A stretch of 59,642 nucleotides of DNA, counting the filler, from Circinaria calcarea (Eukaryota), in NCBI GenBank assembly GCA_051942165.1. It is 5 parts of 5 records of this genome, joined end to end, with 100 filler letters (N's around TTAATTAATTAA, not from the genome) between each part and the next. Parts side by side here need not be neighbours in the genome. Positions count along the whole stretch, not along the records: positions 11,958 to 23,813 come from JAVECS010000633.1; positions 23,914 to 35,766 come from JAVECS010000634.1; 3 more parts are not named here. The stretch is one strand, 5' to 3'. A program made the translations under genes and the position numbers. Positions 13,996-25,946 of this stretch are shown one piece after another; within the stretch, counting starts at the first letter, position 1, and each line of letters opens with the position of its first letter. The notes beneath the pieces are model-generated. The model saw only the letters and a list, made by a program, of their open reading frames with translations, was not told the origin of the DNA and searched no databases.

Positions 13996-14564
13996 GATGA
14001 TCTACCTACCGCCACTTGTTGCGAGGCTGACTGCCAATCCCTTCGACCAGCTCTACAGAGCCACACAATGCGGCGTTCAGCAACAGGCGCTAGCAGGATG
14101 CGGGACCGTGGTGGCGACAATAGTGACGGAGAGATGGTTCCATTGAGTACCTATTATTAAACACCTTAGGGCAGGTCCGTTTGCGGTGACAATACGAAGG
14201 CAATAATAACCATGAGAATCAGACTCCGATAAGTGAGCTCAAGACTAGTCCAAAAGCGGCTTACTGCAGCTTTCGCTCACTTTGTTTTGTCGCCCGCAGC
14301 TTCACCACCAAACACTGCCTCAAAACTCTTCCTCAAAACTCTTCCTCCCACGACTCTTTGAACCATCACTCAAAGTTGATCAACAACAGCACACTTTCCG
14401 ACCAACACCTCACCGCCTTGTCCGTACTTCGACTTCAACCTCACCACACCTACCTCGGGCAATTCAGTCCTTGTTTTGACCAAGAAATTAGGCTGCGCAT
14501 TCGCTCCCAAGTTAATCCCAACCCGCACTTCAACCCTCTTCTAACCTCGCACACCGCATCCACA

Positions 14565-16543
14565 ATGTCTCACGAAGAGGATCTCATCGACTATTCGGAC
14601 GAGGAACTACAGACCAACGACACGTCGGCGACCGCAGCTGCGCCCACCACGAATGGCAGCACAGCCAAGAAGGGTGACCTGACTGTATCCGGAGGTAATG
14701 CGGACAAGAAAGGGAGTTATGTCGGTATACACTCTACTGGATTCCGGGATTTCCTCTTAAAACCGGAGCTCCTACGGGCTATCACGGATTGCGGCTTCGA
14801 GCATCCATCGGAGGGTTAGTCATAACATTCTTTCCCCAGCTCCCTAAATCTTCCGAAGTCAAGACGTCCGTCCATCTCCATAGAAAGAGTAGCGCTGCTG
14901 TTGATCAGTCTCTCGGCGGCCCAAGGAAGTCTCTCCGGAACCAGCTACGCCGTATTTCGACCGCGGGTAGTCATGTTGGATTACTGGCACACATTGCAGA
15001 TCTCCTCTGTCTTGTCATCAATCTCATGATAACAATGCTCTGGGTTTCGCAACATCGCTCAACCAGAGACTTCCTAGGCCGCCGGAGCCTCGTTATCTAC
15101 CTGATTTGGGAGGACTACCCCTAAAGAATTTTGATTCTTGTAATTTGCGACGGTGATTGTGAACTGGTCGAGGTGAAAGTTGTTGTATAGGGAGTTTGGT
15201 TATCAATATCGCGAGATGGGCGGACGTTTCCACGGACTTGACATCATTTCACATTATACTTGGAACGAATAAGTCTAACGTCGGCATCGCCTCCTACAGT
15301 TCAGCAAGTCTGCATCCCTCAAGCGATTCTCGGCACCGACGTCCTATGCCAGGCTAAATCCGGTCTGGGGAAGACAGCAGTATTCGTCCTGACTACTCTG
15401 CAACAAGTGGAGCCAGTTCCTGGGGAATGCTCCGTCCTCGTAATGTGTCACACCCGGGAATTGGCCTACCAAATTAAGAATGAGTATGCCCGTTTCAGCA
15501 AGTATATGCCTGAAGTCAAGACTGCGGTTTTCTACGGAGGAACGCCCATGCAAAAGGACTTGGAGATCTTGTCGAACAAGGAGACTCATCCACACATCAT
15601 TGTTGCCACGCCTGGTCGGCTCAACGCTTTAGTGCGCGATAAAAAGCTTCGCCTATCCAACATCAAGGTTTTTGTGCTCGACGAGTGTGATAAGATGCTG
15701 GACCAAATCGGTATAGCTATACCCAGGTGATCCTCAGGACCTCGGCTGATCCTATTCTCCAGATATGCGGCGTGACGTGCAAGACATTTTCCGTGCGACA
15801 CCAACGCAAAAGCAGGTTATGATGTTTAGCGCTACCTTGTCACAGGAGATCCGACCGATTTGCAAGAAGTTTATGCAAAATCCACTAGAGATTTATGTTG
15901 ACGACGAAACAAAGCTCACCCTTCATGGTCTTCAACAATACTACGTGAAGCTCAGCGAAGGAGAGAAAAATCGAAAGCTAAACGATCTGCTGGACACACT
16001 TGAGTTCAACCAGGTCATCATCTTCGTCAAGAGCACACTCCGAGCCACAGAGCTTGATAAGCTCTTGCGCGAATGCAACTTCCCCAGCATTGCTGTGCAT
16101 TCAGGTGTCTCACAGGAGGAACGGTAAAGCTTTCGTGATCAATATGTGAGCTAGAAGAGTAGCTAACCGAATTTTAGCATCAAGCGATACAAAGAGTTCA
16201 AGGAATTCAATAAGAGGATTTGCGTTGCTACAGATGTCTTCGGTCGTGGGATCGATATTGAGCGTATCAATCTCGCTATCAATTATGATTTGCCTGGAGA
16301 TGCAGACTCATATCTCCACCGAGTCGGCCGTGCTGGACGTTTTGGCACAAAGGGGTTAAGCATTTCATTCGTCAGTAGCGAGGACGATCAAAGCGTACTC
16401 AAGCAGATTGAAAAGAGATTTGAGGTTGCTTTACCGTAAGTTTTTCTTGTCTCCCAATCATACGTCCCCGACATCATGATAATGATGATTATAGCGAGTT
16501 CCCTGAGGGTGGCGTGGACTCGAGCACATATATGGCCAACTAG
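14565..16543 (+). CDS. SUB2: DECD-box RNA helicase Sub2/UAP56 (5 exons)
   Basis: [64 protein letters not shown] and [13 protein letters not shown] motifs. Introns ~14815-15299, 15711-15762, 16123-16178, 16436-16494. Confidence 0.98.
15026..15104 (+). ncRNA. Candidate intronic structured RNA (box C/D snoRNA-like) in SUB2 intron 1
   Basis: ATGATAA (imperfect box C) at 15026, CTGA (box D) at 15101, internal hairpin CTCTGGGTT...AACCAGAG. No rRNA target identified. Confidence 0.25.
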
Positions 16544-16950
16544 GTCGATGAAAGCTGCTAACCCTCTTTCGTCTGGTTGTCTGCAAACTGGTTTTTCACG
16601 CTTTCACTACTCCGCATGGTTTAAAAGTTGCTGAGGTAGAAAAATCGGACTTTACGGGGACATTTCCTAATCAGTGGGGTGAATGGAATCGCAGCACATG
16701 TATTTTAGATTAGTCTAACAAAATGGTCGGAAATGCATTGTTCTGGCTCCTCTAGCTAAGTTGTGATGGCCATGTCGCTGATGACAGTTTGTTCGCATGC
16801 ATGGATAATAACGCAATCCTAAACCTATAAGACTGGCGTAGGCACTTGCGACGTCCATGCAACTGTGGTGTAATAGCTGATCTCCAGTTGGATGCTACCA
16901 CCAGAACGCAATTACTCGATGGATGCCATCGTTCTCTTTCGCCGTGGGTA

Positions 16951-17963
16951 TCATAGATCCTCATCGTCCACCTCTTCCATCTGCACATGCCTCATTTCGC
17001 GTCGGAACCTCTCCTCTTCTTCCTCCAGATCTCTCGAATCGTTGCCGCCGGCTAGTTCCCCAACCTTGGGTCCTGGATCCACTCGCGTTACAGCAGCCTC
17101 GTCTCTAGTCCCCACAGCTTTGACCCCATACCCCTCGCGCTCTAACTTCTCCACCTCCTCCTCTTCCAGTAATCTCCCTCCTACGTCTCCCTTCCTAGCG
17201 TCCAATTTCCTCTTCACCACCGTAGGCACGAATCTGTTCACAGCCTCCTTCCTCAGGTCTCTTACAGCCGGTTTCGCTTCGTAGACCGTTTGCGCCACCA
17301 TCTGCGGTTTCTCTGGTAAAGCATGCAGTTCTATCTCTCCTCCCCCTCTCCCTTCACCCAAGGGTTGCATGTTGGCATTCCCCCCGCCAACGCCAAAGTC
17401 CGGTCCTCGCTGCCGGTGCCGTTGAAAAGGGATAGGCGGTGGGGTATCTCTTGGCATCGGGATATTCCTAACACTCTCATCTGTTTCACTGCCTTCACTT
17501 TCTTCCCGGTCCCTCCTTCTCTTGCCCAGTATGCCACCTCCTCCTCCTGCTCTCCCACCCCTGACCGCACCACCGCCTCTTGCCCCCCTTTCCCCTCCGG
17601 TTCTAGCAGGATTCCCCAACGACTTGTCTCCCACGGCCTCCCTTGCTTTTCGTACCCTCCCAACATCTCGTTCCAGGTCCTCTAGCGCTTTACGGTCTCG
17701 AGCGGATAACTTGCCCGAGCTGGTTTCTAAGGCTTTCAGGTCGTCGATCTGACGTTGGAGGCGTTCGGGGTTTCGGTGGGCGAGCCGGTCGGTTCTTTGA
17801 GCTTGGACCGCAGCTTTGCCTGTACAAAGACATAGGATTAGCAATCAAGACAATTGTGCGGGATTGTCGAAGAAGTATCGCTACCTTTCTTGAGAGCCTT
17901 CTGCTTCTCGAGCTTACGTTGGGCGGTGGCAGGGTTTACAGTACGTTCGCGGTCTTTAGGCAT
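16951..17963 (-). CDS. WW-domain-binding protein 11 (WBP11/Saf1)-like splicing factor (2 exons)
   Basis: MPKDRERTVNPATAQRKLEKQKALKK|GKAAVQAQR...RNPERLQRQIDDLK, IPMPRDTPPP, VYEAKPAVRDLRKEAVNRFVPTVV. Confidence 0.85.
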
Positions 17964-19055
17964 GGTTAGGAACTTGTGGATGTAAAGAAGTCTGTGTCAA
18001 TTAATCCTCCACTTAGGTAGGTCCTTCAGGAGAAGTGGCTGAGCTGGTGAAGTGACGTCTTAAGCATAGACTGCTGGATTATTTTTAGAGCTTGAGTCGC
18101 ACTTTGACCCACAAGACCAGGTAATTTTGCTGGTGCGCAAGACGAGATCTTTACCTCAGTCTAATCACGAGGAGTCTCATGAGGGCAGTGATCGCACTCC
18201 AGCCTATCACGCTTATGGTCCTATATAAACTATAAAGGAATCCGTGACCTTGAAAACAATGACTATTTAAGAGCTGCCGATTTCTTATCTGTATCTGCAA
18301 TCTAGGCCATAATACTCAAACCGTACTTAGTCAGGGCCATTGTTCTCCTCCGACATACCACATATAATGTGGAAGCCTCGATAAAATGCAAGCCCTCCGG
18401 CCTGAAGGCAATAATGTGTGGAGAACTCAAACTTCACCAGCGAGGAGCTCGGAGGACACTCAATGAGCATAGTTGCCATGCTGTGCGATGTAGGCCTCTT
18501 TATTACGGTTGTTCCAAACAAAGCTAAGTCCGAAAGGGCGACCGCTAAGCACATCTACGGATTATCCGGAAGAATAAAATGCGTCCCTTCGCAGATATGA
18601 TATTAACGTTCGCATATACAGCCTAATAGCAGAGCTAATGCGTGATAATTTCAACCATCAACAGGGTAAGCCTCACGACGCATCATAGTTGCTTACAGAA
18701 CGGCTGCAAGCACATAAATCTGCCCTAGAGTATGTGAAGCCTGAAGCGGCAGCATCGGACATAAATCAAATCAAATCAAACCACCATGGCCATCATCGCT
18801 TAATATGCCCTCAAGTCGAGAGATTCATGCAAAGGTTTTTTTGGCATAGTTTCAATAGCAAAGAGAAGCACCAGACTAAATGAAGTACCATGCACATTCA
18901 ACTAGTGAAACGTCTTCTCGACCCTAGCGTGCTCCATTCCTGCAAACCATCGAAGAAGTGGCAACCCCTACCCCAGAGGTCCTCACAGGAAAGAAATCGC
19001 TCGCATGTTGAGAGGCATCAAGAAATCCGATAAATGGGTATCATTGATGACAAGA

Positions 19056-19958
19056 TTACTTGCTGTCAGTGGACTTTGAGAGCTTGTCGGCGGCAGCTAA
19101 TGAGAAACGACATTTAGTTAATGAATAATAGGACCTGAAGAGATGACGGCGACTTACTGGCAAGAGTGTCTGACGCACTCTTTGCAGCATCGGCAGCTAT
19201 GCCTTGGGCAGTCTCGAGATAACTCTTTCCTGTGCCTTGTGCATCACCAGAATTGACAGAGTCTGACGCCTTTTGAGTGTTCTCGGAGACCTTCTTCTGA
19301 GCAGAATCCAGATAGCTCTTAGCAGTACCTTGGACATCGCCAGAATTTACCGAGTCTTGCACCTTTTTGGTAGCGTCTGAAGCAGATTGTTGGGCACTAT
19401 TAAGGTAACCTTTGGCGGTTCCCTGAGCATCACCGGAGTTGGTGGACTCTTGTGCCTTTTTGGTGGTGTCCGAAGCTGATTTCTGAGCACTATCAAGGTA
19501 GCTCTTGGCAGTTCCCTGAGCGTCACCAGAATTGCTCGAGCCAGAGACCTTCTGGGTGGCGTCAGACACGGTGTCTTTAGCGCTATCTACGAGGCCCTTG
19601 CTCTTGCCTTCAACCTCGCCTTTGCCGGAGCTCCCAGTGTCGGTCAGCTTCTGGCTTGTTGACTTGGAGTCGCCTAGAGATGGGTCAGATAGATTGCAAG
19701 ATGGCGGCAGCAGTACGTCTTCTAGGCACGAGGTATACCTGGCTGAAGGGAGCCCATCAGCGAGTCTCCGGCCGAAGTGGCCGACTCGGTGGCCTTGTCA
19801 ACCCCAGACTTCTGCGAGTCGGGGGTCACGGTCTCCTTGGCCTGAGAAGTAAGATCCTTACGTCTGCAAGCGGAGCTGTGTCAGCCAACAGACCCACCAG
19901 AGAAGCCTAGGTGCTCTTGAGGCTGTCAGGCGACGAAGACTCACCCTGTGTCAGACAT
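19056..19958 (-). CDS. Hsp12/Hsp9-like LEA-type protein with internal ~29-aa repeats (4 exons)
   Basis: N-terminus MSDTG|RKDLTSQAKETVTPDSQKS resembles Hsp12/Hsp9. Four repeats of SGDAQGTAKSYLDSAQK. Ends AADKLSKSTDSK*. Confidence 0.8.
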
Positions 19959-20975
19959 TGCACTGGTCTGTGTATATTTGGGATTTTCTTCTGGACGTTG
20001 TTTTTGTGGAGTTTGGGTAGGAAAGGTGTGGTGGTTGAGAGTGCGGTGCAGTGAGATGTTTGCGTGTGAGTGGCGGATTGATGAACAGAGGGGCCTTTTA
20101 TTGTCCCCGCTCCTAGCGCGGATTTACCAGTGAATCAGGCTACCAGCAAAAGGCCCATTATGTCATATTACCAAAGTCAATTCAATCCCCACGTCCGTCG
20201 GTTTTGGCATGTGCGTAGTACAAAATAGACAAGAGCGTGGCCGTGACGCGTGGTCGGTTGCCCGAAGTGGCCCAACGCCTATTCCGGACCTTTCCTAACC
20301 ACAGTCACGTCACACCTCTCCCAATGGTTTTCTGCCTCGTTTGCCGACATGCTCCACTTGTTCCCTTCTCGTTGTTCTTCGGGCTGATCATCGTCTTTTC
20401 GCCCCAGACACGGGCAAGACGTAGAGGCTGCCTGGGTGATTTACTCTCGCACCGCACCGCATTTGCTATCCATGTACACAAGTATCTACAGACTCTGCCA
20501 CCACTAGTATATCTCCGAAGTATACCTAATCGCCATAGCATTCGCCTTGAGCCATTCACGTGTCTGAAGGAGCTATGCCCTACCGCCGTTCCAGATGGAA
20601 GGCTCGCTGGAAGCTCCAATTCGTCAACACCCTTATTGGATCCCCGAAGATTCCTCCCATACCATGGCGTGACATGTCTTAATGAGCGGACCTTGTGTCA
20701 CGGACTGATCTGGCGACCATTCCGTGATCATTGCTTCTCCAAGCTGCCTTCCTCCAACTGTCCATCGGAGCCCATAGCTACCTATGCTATTGCCATTTCT
20801 TCCGGTATGATCCCAATGAGGCTGGGAAAGGGATAGGGAGATTGTGATCATCCGTCGAACTCTAGTACCCCCATCTAAATCTAGAGCTGAATGGGAGGGT
20901 TCATTGTCATGGATCCAGACACGAAGCCCAATGGCTTTGGATCAGTCGTGCCTAACTTCGATCCAATCGCCTGGA

Positions 20976-21039
20976 CAGCTCCTCTGCATGTGTATCTGTG
21001 ATGACTTCAGCTCCTCTGCGTGTGTACCTGTGATGACTT
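20976..21039. repeat. 32-bp tandem duplication
   Basis: CAGCTCCTCTGCRTGTGTAYCTGTGATGACTT x2, with two transition differences. Confidence 0.9.
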
Positions 21040-21588
21040 TCGGAACAATCCAATGACACCAACGTTTCTTAATTGCTGTTAACGGTAATGCAGCACTCGT
21101 GCCGAACGGTGGAAAAGTGCTATGCCAATGATATCTTGGCTTCTGGTCCAAGCTGTTACATATACGGGAGTTCTTGCTACCTAGGTACTATCCTAAAACA
21201 AACTTGTTTGAGACTACAATCTGAGGTGTGAAGATTCCACGGTGACAGATATGGTAAGGATTACGCCGCGGCGTCGAGGTGGACGAATAAAGATCTCGTG
21301 TGGTCCTTCGGGCGCGAAAGATTTTGTCCTCAGGTCGACCCTGGAATTTTTGAAACGGTTATCGAGAACAACCACAGGTTCTCGAACTAGGAGACAGGAG
21401 GAAGAACCCTTATATAGTATTCCAGCAGTCATACTTGGCATCCTCTTCCTCCAATAGAAGACTTCACCGACGGACTTGCGGTAGGGAGAGAGCAAAACGG
21501 AACACAGCGCTGTGCTTGAGTATACCACTAAGAACGCCTAACACTCCGTTATTAACACTATGCTCAAGTCGCCTCGTGGAAGACTGAA

Positions 21589-22067
21589 TTATGAGGGTTT
21601 TGGTGCGTCGTGTATGACCACTAGCAAGAATTTGGAATCTATGGACCACGTTCATTCAGCACCTTATTTCAGCCTGGGCCTAGCTTCAGTCTTGTCTGCT
21701 TACCTGGGACAACGACAATTTCATTCTTCCGTGTTCTTAACCTCAACAGCTGGGCCTCATCTCCATCATCCAGACCTTTTACAAGCACAGCCGCGGCAGA
21801 AACCAATGAGAATGCCATCTTAGCCACTTCCTCCGCACTGTGTTTCTGTTCATCGCCTTGGCTTTCATACCCAGCCTTCTCATCAAGAAGGACTGGATGG
21901 CCGCCGTTACCACCGCTAGTCGAGTTTCCAGGCTGGGGGGTGTCCGATGTAGACGCAGACATGCCGGCGGCGAGCCCCGTAGTGCCAATAATGGCCCCGT
22001 CCACCTTCGACAAGATTAAAGTTGCCTTTACCCCAGGTTTCGATGCTAGGTGCGCCAGATGTTCCAT
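21589..22067 (-). CDS. Roadblock/LC7 (LAMTOR2/dynein light chain-like) domain protein
   Basis: HLASKPGVKATLILSKVDGAIIGTTG...DEAQLLRLRTRKNEIVVVP|DSKFLLVVIHDAPKPS*. The true start may lie in an upstream exon. Confidence 0.85.
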
Positions 22068-22522
22068 GGTGGATGAGGGCTGCCTGTCAGTCAGCCCGTA
22101 TACTGGTATCTGTGAGATATGACCAAAGGAGAACCCACGGAGGAATGCATTATCACGGTGAAAGCGGACGTCAAGATACTCACAAGCCAAAGCGTATGGT
22201 TTGGACAGGACGTAGATGTAAGATGACAGGATCACACTGCAAGCACGAAAGACTATCGATGGAAGAAATAGAGTTGGAGGACAACACGGCAGAAATTTCA
22301 ATTATCTCTTTTGCATTCAGGCCAGCTCCGGGAGACGCACCACCCAGAGTCAAAGACGAGGGAATCCAAAAGGAGACTTCCGGGGTTTAATGCAGAGATA
22401 CCTTACGCTATAAATGTCCGTAGAACTCAGTGTCCCAATTCCATTCTCTAATTGGGCTCTTGGAAGTACGTGGTTGGGTATGCCTGAGGAGATTTGGCTG
22501 ACGGAGTTGTCGCCGTCGGTCT

Positions 22523-23017
22523 CGACTATTTCGACACCCCATCCGACTATTTCGACACCCCCACGTGACTCACTCTTATCGGGGCTATAGCGGCAGCTAA
22601 TTCTATTAACAGTTAAATTACCTTGCCTAATACTAGAAGATCACTCATTAAATCAGAGCCGAAATTACGATATACGAAGACCTTTAATGTTAGAAGGGTC
22701 CCACAAATATTAGAAGGGCCTTATTATCGCTGTTTTTATCGTTATCATCCACTGTTATTGTTGTTGTCGCTGCCACTGTCGCTGCCACTGTCGCTGCTAT
22801 TATCGCTATCATCTGTTATCACTATTATTATCGCTGTCGCTGCCACTATAAATGCCATGATTATTATAAATACGACAATAAATTACGACCGTGGCAGTAA
22901 AAATGAGGTGCGGTAAAAACAATTATAATTACTTGCCGCTATAGCCCCGATAAGGCGGGGGTGTCCTAGTAGCAAAATAGGGTGTCTTAATAGTCGGATG
23001 AGGTGTCGAAATAGTCG
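22523..23017. mobile_element. Non-autonomous TIR element (MITE-like), outer element
   Basis: CGACTATTTCGACACCCCATCCGACTATT (22523-22551) is the inverse of 22989-23017 with 1 mismatch. Subterminal repeats of GACTATTTCGACACC. No transposase ORF. Confidence 0.75.
22575..22954. mobile_element. Inner TIR element nested in the outer one (possible TA target duplication, Tc1/mariner-type MITE)
   Basis: Perfect 21-bp inverted repeat CTTATCGGGGCTATAGCGGCA (22575-22595 / 22934-22954). AT-rich interior containing GTCGCTGCCACT repeats. Confidence 0.7.
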
Positions 23018-23261
23018 CCGTCTTCGCTTAGGCTGGCCGAGTATCTATTCTAACCGGGGGAATAATTTGTCGCCTGCCGCCTTTAACATTAGATCTTCGA
23101 GCGTGAATGTTGATCAAACTGGAGCATGAATACCTGTAGGTCAATCGCAAAGAGAAACGCGCAGCCTAGCATCAAGAATAATCTTAGATCCATGACGTGG
23201 GGTCCAATACTGTACTCAAGACGCCGACGAAGGAGAGAAAAATCCGAGACAGGTTGGAAGA

Positions 23262-23813
23262 ATGGGTTCCAGTGCGAAAAAGCGAAAGGATAGGCAGAAG
23301 GACTTTCAGGTACTGTGACACCCTACTTGAAGCTATCAAGATGCCCTTACTCATATACCGGTTGGTAGAAACCGAGGTTAAAGGTTGGGAAGACACGGCC
23401 AAAACCGTCAAATCATACAGATACGAGCTTCAAAGCAAAGGGTGGATACGAATGGCTGCCTCCAGTTACTAGAGTCATGGTGCTGATTGATATGCCCGAT
23501 AGCCATCGTCTTGAGCCAGCAATCGCTCCATACCACCGCGCCGTCCTCATCATCCCAATTTTCCCACCACCTTTCCCTATTGACCTCTCGTGCCGATAGT
23601 CAACGTAGAGACTCTTTGAGCTGGCTCACAGCAGCTATTGCCAGTCGACCTGTTAATGCCCCACTGCAACAGCCTGCCAGCGTCGTTATACCGAAGCTCT
23701 TACCGCTGATTTTAGATGGTAATAATGCCGTCCGCCTTCAACTCACAAAATTACTCCAGACCCTTCGTACGGCCGAGGTGGAAGGCTTCATCGACCAGAT
23801 CTTGCTCTATGTC
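23262..23813 (+). CDS. IPI1: Pre-rRNA processing protein Ipi1/TEX10, 5' part
   Basis: MGSSAKKRKDRQKDFQ|KPRLKVGKTRPKPSNHTDTSFKAK|AIVLSQQSL...FSHHLSLLTSRADSQRRDSL. Cut by the contig edge. Confidence 0.92.
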
Positions 23814-23913
23814 NNNNNNNNNNNNNNNNNNNNNNNNNNNNNNNNNNNNNNNNNNNNTTAATTAATTAANNNNNNNNNNNNNNNNNNNNNNNNNNNNNNN
23901 NNNNNNNNNNNNN
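23814..23913. other. Artificial contig spacer
   Basis: N44-TTAATTAATTAA-N44. Confidence 0.98.
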
Positions 23914-25231
23914 CACTCGGAAATCTGGGACAAAGGAAGGCCAGGTTCAAATGATACGAGAAGCAAACGGAAGTGTCACTGCACATCAATGGTCACAAAG
24001 CACTCAGCAGTGGCTGAATGTTGGGACCGTGGTGGATGCTGTTGGAAGTAGTGGGAAGAAAAAGGACTATCTCGGCATCGATTATGATTATGTCTTTGAC
24101 GTTGATATCGAAGAAGGCAAGCCACCTCTTAAATTACCATACAACCTCTCGCAAAACCCCTACGAAGCTGCAACCAAGTTTATCGAAGACAACGAGCTAC
24201 CCATCGGCTATCTCGACCAAGTGGCAAATTTTATTACCACCAACACACAAGGTGCAACCATTGGACAGTCATCGGACCCTGCTCCTGCGGGAGCTGATCC
24301 GTGGGGTACAGAGTCCAGGTATAGGCCTGGCGAGACGCCCTCGGCGCCCTCAGCCTCATCCGCACCAACCCCGAGACCTAAGATACTGCCCCAAACCCAA
24401 TATCTATCTATCAACACTGCCAATCTCAAGACGATCCAGAAGAAGATTGAAGAACTCAATGCACAGCTGATCAAGGATGGGTCTCAAGATATCGCGTTGG
24501 GCTCTGCAGAGATAGAGACGCTTCGAGAGCTTACAAAGCATCTTGAGCAGAGTCCATCTCTTGCATCAAAGCCTAGCTCTGCAGTTACAAAGGGACTGGA
24601 ATTGATCATGGATATAGTCACTCATTGGCCTCCTGCACAGCGACTACCGGGTCTTGATCTTCTTCGTCTATTGGCTGCTGCCACCCCAGCGACAGCGGAA
24701 TTCAGAACATCGGGCGAGGGTAGTATCGTTGAAGCCCTTGAAAGTAGCGGTGTTTTCGAAGAGAAAGAGAGGAATAATAACATCATGTTGGCCGTCCGAG
24801 CCTTTGTCAACCTTTTCGAAACTGGAAAGGGTCGGGACTTGGTCGACACCCAATACGACAAGATCCACAAACTCGTCCAGTCGGCGTCGGAGGGTACTAC
24901 AAATCGCAATGTTGCAATCGCTGTGGCTACTCTGTACATCAACTACGCCGTCCTCTTTACGTCGACATCTCATTCGGGACTGCCCTCATCCATGGACCGC
25001 GGCATAGAACTCATGAACGATCTAACAGGCATCATCTCCATCGCTACGGATTCGGAGGCCATTTACCGTGGTCTTGTCGCAGCAGGCACACTACTGGTTC
25101 TTGGAGAAGAGGTGCAGATGGCTGCAAAGGAGATTTATGACCTGCCGGGAGCACTGCAGAAGGCGGAGAAGGGGATCAAGGAACCGAGGATCACGAGAGT
25201 GATTTCGGAAATTAGGGATCTGCTACAGTAG
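23914..25231 (+). CDS. DOA1: Doa1/Ufd3 (PLAA) ubiquitin-binding protein, PFU and PUL domains, 5'-truncated
   Basis: KSGTKEGQVQMIRE, DYDYVFDVDIEEGKPPLKLPYN...NPYEAATKFI...YLDQVANFITTNT (PFU); WPPAQRLPGLDLLRL...YINYAVL (PUL). Confidence 0.95.
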
Positions 25232-25946
25232 TTGGGAAGGTGGAGGTCGCCAAGTTGGCAAATGCAAAGGTAGCTCCATGGCTCATTGATACTGGCTTGA
25301 AGAATATGCCTGACCAAGGTATGCGTCTTTGTTTCTTAGGCTATGGCATTAATGATAGAAACACTGGCTCCTTCTTTCTCCAGTCATGGTTCTCTTATTG
25401 CATGGTAGCTCTGGGTTGCTGTTGCCCTCCAATACACGATAACTCCTTGTGTGGGTCTTGGGCCAGGATATCAAACTACCCGAATTGAAGTTCCAGACTT
25501 TCTCCTTGAACGTCGAGAGAGCAAAAACTTGTATATGATTACGTCTCGTATTTCATTAAGATGCTCGAGTGCATTCAAGCACATCTGGCATTATTACATC
25601 AAGGTGATGGGTGGTATTGGCCCCGGGGAGGTCGCGCTTACAAGTAGTACTGCACGGGACCTTGGAGGTAAGGTGCAGGCGACTATCTCGCTTAAAATTA
25701 GTCCTGTACGCGACCTTTGAGATAAGGTACAGGGCAAGGCTTCGGCTTAGTCAACCCCGTCCCTTAAGCGAGAATTTTCTAGGTTAGGGTTTGAGCTTTG
25801 ATTTATAGCTAGCGTCCCCACGATGTCTTCGGTTCTTCTTGACAATTTCTTGAGCCAGAACCGATACCATACTTCAAGGTAATAAAGACACTGAAGCCCG
25901 TCTCCGCCTACTCTTTAAAAAATCAAACATATCAGAGACAGTGAGG

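Noticed and set aside
15040..15104. U14 snoRNA (AACATCGC and GAGACTTCCTAGG resemblance)
   Set aside because: Lacks the intact 18S-complementary domain A and the GGATGTCTGA 3' end.
23487..24000. IPI1-DOA1 fusion or adjacency
   Set aside because: Separated by an artificial spacer; different contigs.
25780..25792. Telomere-like GGTTAGGGTT
   Set aside because: Single unit; expected by chance.
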